DNA of 64,000 nt, taken from assembly GCF_009914755.1 (NCBI RefSeq), contig NC_060926.1; one strand, given 5' to 3'. The notes under the pieces were generated by a model. That model ran no database searches. It saw only the letters and a program-made list of their open reading frames with translations, and was not told the origin of the DNA. The position numbers and the translations under genes are program-made. Shown piece after piece: positions 18,601 to 42,089 of this stretch (positions are counted from its first letter, which is position 1; each line of letters starts with the position of its first letter). The stretch comes from the human T2T-CHM13v2.0 reference genome, Homo sapiens.

Positions 18601-21600
18601 ATATATAGATTTATACAAATGTATAAATAAACATAATACTTTTCAATCTTTCCATTGACAAGGCAAGTTCACATTCAGCAAAGTGCCACCACATCCCATA
18701 TACACATCTCTGTACAGATATACACATAAGGGTCTGTTTTCACCCTTCAACCGGGAGAATTTTTTCTAGCAAATCCCATTAACCAGCAACTGAAGGGAGA
18801 AATGGCACCAGTACAAACTCCCTTCTTTCATTTGCATGCATATGTACAAGAAATATGCAGATCTAAAAAAAAATCCCAAAACAAGAGTGAATGAAACCAG
18901 GAGATGCTGCAAAAATACAACTGTAGAAAAGAACAGCATATAGAGCTTTCCTAGATCTTCACTATATCTAAGATGAAGTAAATGATGCTCAAGAGACAAC
19001 TACAAATTCAGGTATATTATCAGAAGTTGCTTTGACATATTTCAAAGTACATGATTTTTTAAGTATTAAAAATAAATGTCATTGGAACATTTAATACCAA
19101 CTCTACTTTTGACTATTTCAGACCACCAGATACTCCAGTAATAAATGTATAGCAAAATAACAACTTAAAACTCAAAATAAAGGGATGTATTTTTTTTTAA
19201 TTCCATATGAATCAGGGGTAGCACAATTTTCCTATAGCTGAAATATGGGGATGGGAGCACTCTTAAGTTAATAAATAACAGCAGAACTGAGTAAAAGTTT
19301 TTTGAAAAATTTTGGAAATAAATGAAATCACCCCAGCTTTGAAATATGCACGGTGAAATGATCCCACCAACTCCTTAAACAAAGCAGCCCCTTCCAAAAA
19401 TTGTTTATGAAAGGCCTATACTTTTTCTTAACTTCACCAAGAAAAGATGATCAACAATATTTTCTTACTCGAATATAAAGAAATCTATAATTAACATAAA
19501 AAAGATTCAATAGATCTGTGGTCCCATCACCACAATAGATAAACACAGCTCATGTCTGGGGCTGTCTGTCTCCCTCTCTTATTTTTATGCTCGAAAGTGA
19601 GAGGCTGATCTTAGAACCTCCTGTTTCTCATGTCATTTTATGAACATAGCATAATATAAGTTAATCCAAAGGTTAACATAAAATGCACATGATATCAGAG
19701 CTAGCCTTTTAACATAAGATAACATAATGATTAATTTGGTGTATTTATACAACAGAGACAATGAGAAAGTAACTCCAATACCCTCAACTAAATAAATCAT
19801 GTTTCTACAATACATTCGGTTACCTTTATCTATTTTTATATAAGCACACATTCATATCTCTCACACACATGCCCCCAATGTATATTTTTGCATGTGTGTA
19901 AAAAATACAGACATATACATGCACACAAGTAATTTAGTTCTATTTTAAAGTCACAGTGGGAATTCCTTAGTGAGGAGGGATAAAAAGTTCCTGAATAAGA
20001 CACTGAGAACATCTAGATTTATTATTTTCTCTATTTTACTTCCCAACTTACAGAATAAACTGTAAATTAAAGAATAACTCCATAGGAAATAAAAGAGGTC
20101 TTACAAACTTAGTTTACAAATTCCAGCTACAGTAGTTGGAGTTTTACTTGATCTATGTATTTCTATGTACCCTGTAACTAAGCTTCTAGCCATCTTAAGT
20201 GTAAACCACAGATCATTTACTAAAGAACATGATTCTCAACAGTTCTAGGAACAGTTATAAATGGTCTAAAGGTGTTCTACATTTTGAGGCCCCAGGATAT
20301 CCTTTTATTTTATATATCTGCAAGGTAGCAAAGGATAGCTATACACCTTGACACGGCAGAGATCCAGTGTAAAAAGGTGCTTCACTAGTTTGTTTTGTCA
20401 AAAAAAAAAAAAAAAAAAAAGCTCATATATATTTAGCTATTAAACACATAGGCAACATAATTCATTACACTCGATACAGCTTTAGTATAAAACTTATAAT
20501 TTATGAGGTGATGTTAATAGCATAAATTAATATACCTTTTCTCTTAAAATCTACAATAAGTATTCTGAAAGCTCATTGGGGAAGGAAATTTTTAAATAAA
20601 AGTTTTAAAGCTGTGCGTGATGGGAAAGGATTCTGTATTCTGAAGCTGAGATGAGAGCCTGGAGGAGAAAGGAAAAAGTCCTATGCAAGACACTGTGGGC
20701 TACAAAACCAAATGTTTCCTCTTTCTTCCGCTCTCTTCAATGATGAGTCACCTTTAGTTTCTTTTAAAACTATTTTCTTATTTTAAAAACTGCCCTAATT
20801 TCCACAAGGAATCCCTGAGACATACTCAATACTATACAGTGAAAAGAACTATCACTGTTGAGAGGAACAGATTCAACCCTTCCAAACAGATGAAGACAAT
20901 GTCAACAAGTGTCAGACTTCCCATCATTTCAGCACTAATCCACTGGAGCCAACTGTACCTTAATGATGCAGGTTGGAGTCATTTTAGGGCAAATCAGTCT
21001 ATTCCCCCAGGTAGAACCAATGGTGTGGCATTTAGCTGCACTGGAGCCTTCTGCACTGCGTGTTGAAAATTTTTCCAAGGGGAACTTTGGGTGCATACAG
21101 AGCTTACTTCAGTGGTCCCCAGCTTAAAAAACAAACAAACAAAAACAAACAAACGAAGAAAAAAGAAACAAGTGAAAGAAGAGGATTCTATGACTCTTCG
21201 GGCGGGATGGGTACAGATCATATGTGCGTGTGCATTCTTCGGGACTGTGGTGGGCAGACGCAAGAAGGCGAAAGAGAAGATGGAAAGCTGTGCTGCCCTA
21301 TGGAGCTCACTGAGAGTTAGATTTTTCTCTTATACGAGTATTGATCTAAACTTTAGATCACTAAAAACTGCTGTTCAAAGTAGCCAAACATCCCCAGTAT
21401 TGGGGAACATAGGGTAAAAAAGTCATACCCAATTTGCTTGCTCTCTCTCTGAAACGTCACATTTCCTCTTATTAGCTCTGTATCACAGTGCAGAGAAAAA
21501 CTAACAAAAAAAAATAAGGGCTGAAGTGAAAACAGAATTTTTGCTATTTAGAAATAAGGCTCCCTAAGTTTGACCCACAACTGCAGCATTAATGACACTG

Positions 21601-24600
21601 TTTATTAGAAGAGACATAACTATTCATTTATGTTTTATGTTTTCTTTCCTAATTCATTAGTCAGGGAAAAATGCTTAACAGATATCCAAACATGTCCTTC
21701 ACTGGTATTTTATTACAAATTATTGGAAAGGTAGTATTTAAAATGTTACTTTAATCTACTAAACATGATTCTGGTTTCCTCCAGAATATAGGAAAATGTA
21801 TAAAGATGTTAAGACATTATTAAACTGTTTTAACTTTTCTACAGAATGCCAGTGAAGATTCAGTTAATGTATTGGGCGGGGGGAAACATCTATGTTCTTT
21901 CATATATATATATAAAAAACTCTCCACTCCCGAGAAATATATTTTTTGTCAGGAAAAAAATCCTTGGAACAATGTAAATACTGGTAACAAAAGAGATACA
22001 AATGAGGACTGTTCAGTATGATGAAATTTTCTTTCAAGGAATCCTCTAAATTGCCTCATTAAACTGGAGAGTTCTGTTGACCATTTAGAAGACCATAATA
22101 TTAGATTTCTATATATACCAGATTAAGAACAGTATTTTTAAAGAAGTCTGAAAAGAAAGATGAAGAAACTGAAAACTAATTTTTAATGAATTTCAAACCT
22201 CTTAATAAGTTTAGTGTTCATATACTCATCTTTTTGCAATACCAACCCATAGCGACCTTCTGAACTAACCTGGAGGAGAGGAGATTGCCTTACACGTGCA
22301 CTGCTGACCGATGATGCCCACTGACCATCACCAGCACCCCTAGGATGCCAAGGCACGGCAAAGACGGCGGGCAAGCATCAGCGGACTGACCACACGGCAT
22401 TTACTAGATATGCTCAAATTCTAATCCCACTTTATAAAAACAGAATGGTATAGGTCAACAGAAAGGTCAATTCTTTCATGTAAGAAGAAAACCGTATGGA
22501 CAGGGCACCTCTGTGCATCCCAAACATGGTTTCCTTCCTAATCAAAGAGTTGTCTTTGCCACTGTGGACTGTGATCACAGATTGAGAACAAGCTCTGATA
22601 AGGAAGAGCTTTAGTGTCAGTCACAGAAAATGATGATTCTTAACTGCAGGTGAGAGATTGGGCTTATTTAAAAATAAATCTTATAAATAATTATTTGGCA
22701 AAGATAAAGTATCAGCTTTCTTTAGCCTCAAGCCACTAAAGACAGTAACACCAATTTTAAGGAAAAAAAATAATAACCTCACTTTCCAACTTGCTCCCCA
22801 TGCCTACTATTTGTTTCTGATTAAATTATAGTCTTCTCATAGAGGGGCACTAGACACACCACACTGCCTGCCAACATGAAATTGCTCAGGAAGTCATTTA
22901 TAAAGCAGTTATATCACACATGGTAGGTCACCAGAGAAAATAATCCTTTGCTGTCTAAGCTATGTGACGATAATTAGAAAATTTTTCCATTGCATAGTCT
23001 GTCACTTGGTGGGTTAAGTATAATTGCTACTTACTATTGAGTTGTTTACTAGCTACATAACCTACCCAGATGTGCAAATTGCTAAGCCATTTTTACAGAA
23101 GAAAAAACAATGTCTTAAGTACTTTAATTAAAATAATATTAATAATTATGTAGAGAGAGTAAAGGAGAAAAAGCCCATCTTTTCTTCAGATACTACTGAT
23201 CATAGCCAGTGAATATCACACATTAGAATGGAATTCAGATTCTCAGAGCACAGAATGTATCCATTAACTGCAGCAACTTTGTAAATTAAATCACAGTAAC
23301 ACAATCTAACTGGCCTTTATAAATAGTCCCAAAGAACTGCAGAAACAGAGTGAAACTTCTTTGCCACTATTTCTCCTGGGTTCAACACTAGAATAAAAGC
23401 TAGTTTCTACCTATTTAGGACCTTATATAAGATTTGTTTTTCATTCCAGTATTGCCTTGTGATAGCATAAGTGCTATTTTAAAAGATACTAATTTTCATA
23501 TTTCTGGAGTAAAAGCCACTTCATTCCTTTCTATACATATTAATAGCAAAGTTCCTACTAATAGACGAGAATGGCTCTATTAAGTAAAAGAAAAACACAG
23601 ATCTCTCTGGGCTTATAGATGTTCTCCTCTCTTCCAAAAAGGGACTCATAAGAAACAGCAAGAGCAAAGCAAATTGCAAACTTTGATATCTGTTTTGAAC
23701 TAGATAAAATAAGAGGAAAAGTTTGTTGTTGATAATTCCTCAACCACTTTCCTCAGCTTTCATCATGGGCATCCAAACGAAAATGTATTTACTCAAAGTT
23801 TTTGGTGTGAAGCTGTAACTAGCAACATTCCTGATAATTTCATGCCTCCTTACTAGAAAGCAGAGAAGGGCTTTTAAATGCACATAAAACAGAAAATTGC
23901 AAACAATAAAATGTGCAACTTACTGCAAACTCAGCTTTGTATCATAACTGAAGAATTTCAAGCAGCTAACATGAGGGGACAAGTAGACAGAAAAAGTTCA
24001 AATCGACTACCCACGACTTTCCCTTCCTTGTCAAAGGGCTGATGAGGAAGTCAATGTGCTGCTCTGCGACAACCTTTAAATACACAATGGAGACTAAACT
24101 GAACTGCTGGGAATGGACAGTTATCTAGTTATGCTTATGATGGTTGTGAAAATAGTTTAACAAACTAAATGACATTTTTGAGCCGAGGTAACTACTCGTG
24201 ACCACTTCATTACAGTACATTAAAATAAAAAAGCTTACTAATATAGACTCACAGGTGAGAAATATTCAAATTATCTGTTCTCACCATTCAGAATAGAAAT
24301 TTATGGTGATACCAAATATAATTTTGCTTTATGACATAAGTTATAATTTAGAAATTTTGCACTCTGCAAAAAAGGCAAAGCTATTAAAAATAAATCTTCC
24401 AATCAATTACCATGATTTTAAAAAAACTAAATATATTACAAACATATTTTTGGCCCACAAAAAGAAACATCAATAAATACAAAATAGGGCATATAATGAT
24501 TTCATACAGTCATGTGACATTTCCCCTCCATAACCTCAGGCACGTGGTATCTGCATAATGCCTGCTGATCACCATCATTCCTTTAAAAAGCAGAGAAAGA

Positions 24601-26315
24601 AAAGCTTTCAAAAGAAGGGACTGGTTAGAACTAGCATGGCATAAAGAGATTACATACAGGAAGTAGGAAAATACATCCAATCACTACCTATTAGAAAGGA
24701 ATTAAGATCAAATATTCCCTGACAAATGAATTATTGAACCACATCAATAGGTATGTTCTCTCAACTTTTAAAATATATATATATGTGAATTAGACTAGAC
24801 TCAGGTATAAATAGCCAATGGTATCTCAAGGGACAGTGAAACTACTCAGCAAAAGCAGAGTAGAGATGCCTTTAAAATCTAGTTCCACCCTTCTCTGGGG
24901 GGGAAAAAAGGTAGGCAAGAAACCTCACAAATTCATCTCATAGTCACAAACTTCCTAAACTACCCCATATGATCTTTAACCCCTAAAATCCTGGCATTTT
25001 AAAAACATTTCCCAAAGCTATTTTCAAATTTACTTAAACCCAAGTACTTGAATTATTTTAAAAGGACCAAAGGGCGAATAAAATTTATATCTAATTTCCA
25101 TATTCTGCTTTGAAAGAAACTTTAAAATGTGTATCCTTCAGATATTACACATCACTTCACAACTGGTACACTGATTCTACAAGTGTCTTAACATTTTACA
25201 AATCTTACCAAAGAATCACTACTGTAAACATGAAAAATTCAAAAGCAAAAGATGGATCAAGGAGTTGACAGATCCCATCTTTTCAAATCTATCTGACCTA
25301 TCCTGCTTTTTCACATCAAAATATTTTCTTTAATTACATCTTGCAAATGTATTCCATGAGAGAGGGATTTAGAAACAAACAAATGTCTGAAAAGACAAAG
25401 TGACCATCAGGCCCCAGAACCCCGGCAGCCTGCAGTCATCCCAGGCAAGCTTTTTAGGACATCCCTACCTCACTGACGGGAATCCAAGCTTTCTATGTTC
25501 TGTTTCTTCTTGGGCTAACTTTTAGCAGAAAAAGGTTGTGCTACTCACACGACCAGTCCACCACCCTCCCTATTCAGGAAACTTGAGGAAAAGAAGGACC
25601 AACCTTATTAGGACTGTGAGATGTAGGACAGGAGAAAAGTAAGAGTTTTATACTCATTAAGTAGGGGGAAGGGGAGAACAAAAAAAAATCAAACTAATGG
25701 GACAGCTGCTTCCTGCACTGCACAAAAACACACGCGTGGGCACACGCATACTCACAGGCAGTCAAAAGACACATTTTTTTCTTTTAGTTAAACATGATCA
25801 CAATTACGAATGGAATCCTGGCCTCACTGTGGTGTTTAGCAGTTGGTGCTAGGTCAGAATCTTGACCTGCCACACACCATTTGCTGTCTCTTATACAGGA
25901 ACTCAATTAATAAGATCATTCTATCTAGAACCACCTATGTAAAAACCTGGCAACAGAATGGAAAGCACTGATCTGAATACTAGGAAATAGTAAAGGGCAC
26001 TGGTATTCTGAGGTATCTTCCACTTCTAGGACTTGCTGCTAAAAATCAATCCTATCCAGTCACTGTGCTGAACCACTAAGGAAACCACTGGGGCGGAGTG
26101 GGCCTGCCAGGAGGGAATGAGCACCAGTGCTAAGGAGCACATGTGAACACTGTAGCGAGGTCCACTGCAGGGCCACTCATTGAACTGGGAAGGGGGGTGC
26201 CCCTCTGATCCCCATCTGTTATATCTTCTTTAGGAAAAGGGGAGAGGGGTGCTAAAGAGGAAACAAAGATAGAAAACACTGGGTTCCCCACCTGCCTGCA
26301 AACACACAGACACCC
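15670..26315 (-). other. INO80D: INO80D long 3'UTR (~10.6 kb)
   Basis: Continuous unique AT-rich sequence from the stop codon to the poly(A) signal. The 3' boundary is inferred. Confidence 0.75.
15686..15691 (-). terminator. INO80D: Distal polyadenylation signal AATAAA of INO80D
   Basis: tttatt on plus strand; several UGUA motifs upstream and U-rich sequence downstream in transcript sense; lies near the edge of the Alu-free block. Confidence 0.75.
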
Positions 26316-27481
26316 TCAGTTAGGGGAGGGAAAGGGAGAAGATGCATTATTGGTACTTGTAGCTGTGGCACCTGTTACTGTGAAGCCTGTAGGAGGGGCT
26401 ATAGAGCTGTGGCTGGGCTGCAGGTCCTTAGGAATGCCACTGTGAGAACTCAGCTGGTGGCCAAAGGCTGCGCTGAACTGAGGGAGTTGCTGCTTGGGAG
26501 AGGTGGAGGCCATTAGTTCAGCAGAAGGCCCCATGCCACTGAAGCTGGTCTGTGGTAACCCCGGAAGCACACTGGAGCTGCTGGGGGTCACGGTGGCGAA
26601 GGCAGGCTGTGTGGTCTCTGAGTTCGAAGTGGTGGGTGGCGTGGATAGGGAAGTGGAAAGAAGATGTCCATCTGCGCCGAGAAGGTTGCTAAATGGAGAG
26701 GGGTCTCCAAGGTTGACAGGGAGATTGCCCCAGTGAGTTCTGGGGTTTACCACGCCTCCAAGTGGCACCTCAAGTTGGGTTGGGAGCAAGTGCTGCGCCA
26801 TGATGGGCATCTCTGCTGAAAAGGTAGCTGCCATATTATCACCAGAGTACGATGTTGTGTGGGGAGAGGTGATATGGTCACTGTAGGGAGACGGCACATG
26901 CTCACTATCATAATGGCTTCCATGGGGTGAGGAGTGTGAGTGATCACTGCTGTATTGCTGTCGTGAGGTGATTAGGTCATCTGCCTTGCTCAGCAGCTGG
27001 GCAGGATGTGGCCTCTGGGAGGCATGGCTGCCGTCATGAAGTCCATGAAACTGTCCTGGGAAGGCTCTCTCCCCAAGTGCACTCTGGCTGATCAGAGTGG
27101 CAGAAGTAAGGCCAACGTTGGCTGGGGCAGAGAACTGCCCCTGGATCTGCCCTGCCAGGGGTGTAGGTGGGTTTGACAAGGTAGCAGAACGGAGCAGGTT
27201 CTCATCCAGCTCTAGACTAGAAAAATTATCATGTACTATACGCCCATTCAATAGCTCCCCTAGGTCTGTGTTCACCTCTCGGCTCAAGGATTGTATTCCT
27301 GAAGCTCCAGTACCTGTGGAGAACACCCCTATTCCTCTATCTGACAACTCCTGGACTGGCACACCATCTGACTGGGCAAGGACCCCAATGGTACTCAGGC
27401 ACTCGAGAGAAGTTACAGCCTGCAAGGCCCGTTCAAGCTCCTCAGCCTCTTCGGTAGTTGGGAGGAGGTCTCCATTCTTCC
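26316..27481 (-). CDS. INO80D: INO80D last coding exon (GKNGDLLPTTEEAEEL...SSPFPSPN*), Ser/Pro/His-rich C-terminus
   Basis: Long ORF recognised as the INO80D C-terminus; acceptor ttgactcag|GG, phase 1, matches the upstream donor. Confidence 0.95.
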
Positions 27482-28326
27482 CTGAGTCAACAAAAGCCAT
27501 CGACAATCAGTAGAGCTTTTACCAGTTCTACATCACAAAAATCACACATTTGAATTATTTTAAACAATATTCGATTTAAAGAGTCCCTCTTGAAAAGAAA
27601 AGTTTCCAAGATTTTGATTGGAGGGAAAAAGTGAAATAATGGTCTGCAGGACAGGGTCTGTAACGTCAGCTACCTAGGAATTTGAATCACCATCTTCAGT
27701 TGATTTACTGAATACCATCTCAAAAACCATCTTATCAAAGTACTAAATTCTTAGGAATTCTAAGGATTACAAATTTAAAGCTCATGGTGACTATGTGATT
27801 ATACGTGTTTTTAACCTAAAATAATATTATCATCATTAACATAGAAAACATATATCAACTTGGATTTGAGAGAAAAGGCTGTGTAGAACAGGTCCACCTT
27901 GCCTGTTCTACTCCTGACTCTCCCAGCTGGAGGGCAGCTGTGGAAGGTTAAAACACAGAAATTCATACATCTATTTGAGCACAACACTAAGCTCTCAGTT
28001 CATTTCATGGGTTATCTTTCAAAATGCTTTTGCTTTACTCTCTAATCCTTTCCCCTCATCCTCTTCCCATTTCTTACTAATTTTCATAAAATGGAAGCCC
28101 ATGGACCTACTTTGATTTCATTTCTAATATTTAAAAAATCTATTGTTAGGAACTTGATTAATCACCATGGAAATATTCGATTTTTAATGGTGAAAGAAAC
28201 ATTCTAAAAGTATAAAATATTTCCCCTGAAAGCATGGGGGAATTGGCAGGATTAAGCAAACTTCGTTTTGGAAAAGTGCACTTCAGTTGAAGTACAGGGT
28301 GGGGTATAAAACTAGGGCAAGTTCTA

Positions 28327-29010
<684 letters not shown>

Positions 29011-29232
29011 AAGTTATAAACCTAGTCAGCAAATTATGAGATGGTTAAACAAACTGCACATTCCTTATCTTCTGAAAGGGTTAAAATAGCTGCAGTGGCA
29101 TTATATTTCCTATCTACAGTGAAAGACATTACATGTGAGGAGGAATATGATAAACACATCTCAAAACACTATTTCTTTTCTTATAAACTCATTTTTAAAA
29201 CCAGTTTCCTTGAGTCAAAATATTGACTATAC

Positions 29233-29390
29233 CTTCAAAAAAATCAAAATCTTGTAAGTCATCAGGTAGCCGTGGCAGGACATCTGAAAAGTCCTCCTGG
29301 TTCAATTCCAAGTCATGTGGAATGTCAGTGATCTCATTGGCAATGTCATCCGGCAACTCATCAGCACTCAGCTCTGGCGTGGATGGGCTC
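29233..29390 (-). CDS. INO80D: INO80D penultimate exon, acidic ([15 protein letters not shown]...QDFDFFE)
   Basis: 158 nt; tctttcccag| acceptor, GAAG|gtatag donor; phases 2 and 1 fit both neighbours. Confidence 0.95.
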
Positions 29391-29488
29391 CTGGGAAAGA
29401 GGACACTGTTGGTCCCATAACTCCCCCATTATCTTCACATCAATACCACCAAGCCAAGTTCATTCAACATGAAAAGAAGCTAACGTCA

Positions 29489-31268
<1,780 letters not shown>

Positions 31269-31524
31269 GTTTTTTAAGTTGAGAGTATACAATTAAAGTC
31301 AGTTTCGCGTCTGTTCTCTTTATTGTAAGCAAAAGCTTAATTTTAGATCAAATACAGCCAGATATAGGTAAAATTTGCACCAAAAACTATTTAAAAAATC
31401 TAGGCTGATATACTAAATGGTTTCTGTAGCCTAGTGACAACTTTACAATAACCACATGAAGCTAGATGTTCTGAGAAGAATCCCAAAATGTAAAGAAAAA
31501 TTAGGTGCCAGTGGCACCACTGAC

Positions 31525-31742
31525 CGGATGTGAGAGGCCTCCACTGGCAGTGAGACGCTGGCGGGCATGCTGAGGTTCCCTTGGGGGACTGCAGGTGGAA
31601 TGGGTTTTTGGGGTCGACGAGGTCCACGCCTTCTCTTCTTCTTGTGTTTTTTGGTTAGTGCAGGAGGCTTGGTTTTTTTCCTGGGTTTCCTCTGCTGCTG
31701 GTGCTGAACTTTACGGGAGTTATCTCCTCTCAAGAAATTATC
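31525..31742 (-). CDS. INO80D: INO80D exon with basic NLS-like stretch (DNFLRGDNSRK...KKHKKKRRRGPRRPQK...SHIR)
   Basis: 218 nt; ttccaaag|GAT acceptor, CG|gtcagt donor; phases 0 and 2. Confidence 0.95.
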
Positions 31743-32010
31743 CTTTGGAATGAATAAATAGGCTTTTAAATTGAGATTATCTGGGATAAACCTGACAGCT
31801 ACCTAAAAAATACTTACATCCCTTAATATTCTATATAATGCCTAAAACATACTGGATGCCCAAAACTATGTATAACAATAATGAAGACATCAAACTTCAT
31901 CAATTCCAAGATCTACATTTTAATATCTCTGCAATTGGGAAGCATTTTAAATTGGTGGCATTTTACCATTGCGGTCAGCCTGCTGATGGTCATTATAGTT
32001 GACACTGTCT

Positions 32011-32041
<31 letters not shown>

Positions 32042-32044
32042 CAC
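32011..32044. repeat. (CA)n microsatellite, (UG)n in the INO80D transcript
   Basis: Directly visible. Confidence 0.98.
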
Positions 32045-32743
32045 GGTTCCAGTTCTTTGTACTGGCATCGTTTCTGAATTAAGGTTTGTACACTGTTGGT
32101 ACTACGTGTGGAGGAAAATTTTTTGTGAATGTAGAAAGGCACAAAGAGCAGCAGGGCATAAAATTAATATTAGTGGAGCACATATTCATTACTGAAGAAC
32201 CGACCACAATTCTTTTTTTTTTTTTTCCCTGTAAGGCAACAACCAAGTGAAAAAGGAAAATAACCACAAAGTAGATGAAGTTGTTCTATTGCTGAAGTAC
32301 GTAGAAAATACTGCCTTTCACATGTCAAGCAGTACAGCCAAAACCAGGAACAGTATATAAAAATCTATGTCTAAATAAGTCTTTTAAAAGCTCTTTAATA
32401 AGTTGAAAACAAAAATTCTAAGTGATAAGAAAGTACCGCATCACTGGCAACATTTTTTTTCTTTCTTATTGGCACATAAAACAGTGGGATTTGCAATTGA
32501 TGTCACCTTTAATTAATTCCCTAATAACTCTTGTAGCTAAATAAAGATTGTAGACCATAGTATTTTAAGACTAATAACTATCACTAGCATCAAAAAATTG
32601 AAAACAAGAAAGAATAAAATTAAAGCATAAATTCAGGAAATCTAAAACAGGTTTAATCCTACTCAAATGCTTGAATGTAAACAATTACAGATTAAGTCAC
32701 AAATACATAAATTTAAAACAAACCAAAAAAAAGAGGCTACCTC

Positions 32744-36124
<3,381 letters not shown>

Positions 36125-36281
36125 CTATATTTTAAATGTTTTTATATTAAAGTGGGAAAATAATTATTCAACATTTGTAATATGTAATTGTAATATGTAG
36201 TTTAGTATACAAATTTTTCAAAACATATTGTCTGTAAAAGAAACCTAAAAAATAAAACAAGTTCTTGGTGAAGAAGCCAGT

Positions 36282-38942
<2,661 letters not shown>

Positions 38943-39625
38943 CCAGTGAATCACACACATTGAGACTGAGGTCCAAAAAGGCTGAATCCTTAGCCCCTAG
39001 TTATATACCAAGCTGGTGGCAAAGCCAGGATCACAGGTTCCAACTATTAAGTCCTGGTCTAATACCCATTCCCTCACCCTGAGAATCCCTGAAAACTATA
39101 ACATGTTTATAGAGGGCAGGAAGTATCTCACTTTCTAGTACATAAGGTACCTAGGAAAGTATCTTGCAGTAACTGCTTGATGGATGAAAACAATAAAAAT
39201 GAACTTCCTTTAAATGATTATATAATTTAGATATTCCTCAAATTCAAATCTGTCTCTCCTCCAAATTATTCTGAATTAATTAGGATTTATGATAACTAGC
39301 ATTAACTAAAGCAATAATTACATTCAATAGATTTCTAGAAAGGCTGGGCCTTCGATTGAAGTTTCATCAACTATTCATGACATTTGTAGAATTGTATATA
39401 AGAAAGCAAAAACTTAGAGACATAGGAACAAAGAGAGTATTTAGAAATTCTGCTATGTATAAGATACATATCTTAAGGTAATAAAATGTATCTTAAGGGA
39501 ATAAAAATCCTCTCTCAAAACTTGTTTCAGTGATTTATATACATACATAGTTTGTGCTAAGTTATAAAATACTTCCTACAGTGGATAGCTACAAAAAGTT
39601 TGAAAGCCTCTGTTGCAGAACTTAC

Positions 39626-39759
39626 CATTTTTTTGGCATGTTCTTCACACAGAGGTGTCTGATGTGTAATGTCAAAAACTGGCACAGAGCACTGCTGTCC
39701 ATCTGCAAACTTGGCTGTGCAACTTGAGAAGAGCTGCTGAGAGTGGTTCAAGAGGATAT
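39626..39759 (-). CDS. INO80D: INO80D exon, second half of the C3H-C3H zinc-finger-like domain (HILLNHSQQLFSSC...C...CEEHAKKM)
   Basis: 134 nt; cccag|AT acceptor, ATG|gtaagt donor; phases 1 and 0. Confidence 0.95.
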
Positions 39760-41681
<1,922 letters not shown>

Positions 41682-41791
41682 GTTGGAAACAATGTCTGGT
41701 GAATGGAAGGGCTTTGTTAGCGCACTGTTCACCCTTCACGGTTCCACTGCATGCTGCTGGTTCCACCTCCCTCAGCTTGGTCCGGCTTATG
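41682..41791 (-). CDS. INO80D: INO80D exon, first half of the zinc-finger-like domain (ISRTKLREVEPAACSGTVKGEQCANKALPFTRHCFQ)
   Basis: 110 nt; tttccttag|C acceptor, U12 donor; phases 2 and 1. Confidence 0.95.
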
Positions 41792-42089
41792 CTAAGGAAA
41801 GAAAAACAGAGAATTAATTTTTTTTTAATGCTTTAAGAATCCAGGGTAATTTTTCAACATGATGTCACAACTCTGTAACACTCTCATTATAATATATATA
41901 ACATCTACAGTCACTAAATAAAATGCAAATGTGATTTAAAGAAAGACGGTATTACAATTACCAATTGTGTTATTTCCCTAATCTTCTGACATTCAAAGCT
42001 GATAATTACATCACAATATGTTTCAAGTATGTCTGTTTTTTTTTTTTAAGTGATGTTTTATTTCCCTTTTCTTCACAAAGAGACAGTAG

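Noticed and set aside
20839-21417. Overlapping 75-108 aa ORFs in the UTR
   Set aside because: Low-complexity, mostly non-ATG starts, no recognisable protein.
27482-27506. N-terminal MSMAFVDS of the 396-aa ORF as a separate gene start
   Set aside because: Intronic; a phase-matched acceptor at 27482/27481 joins the ORF to upstream INO80D exons.
27097-27513. 138-aa plus-strand ORF
   Set aside because: Antisense shadow of the INO80D coding exon, non-ATG start, no independent support.
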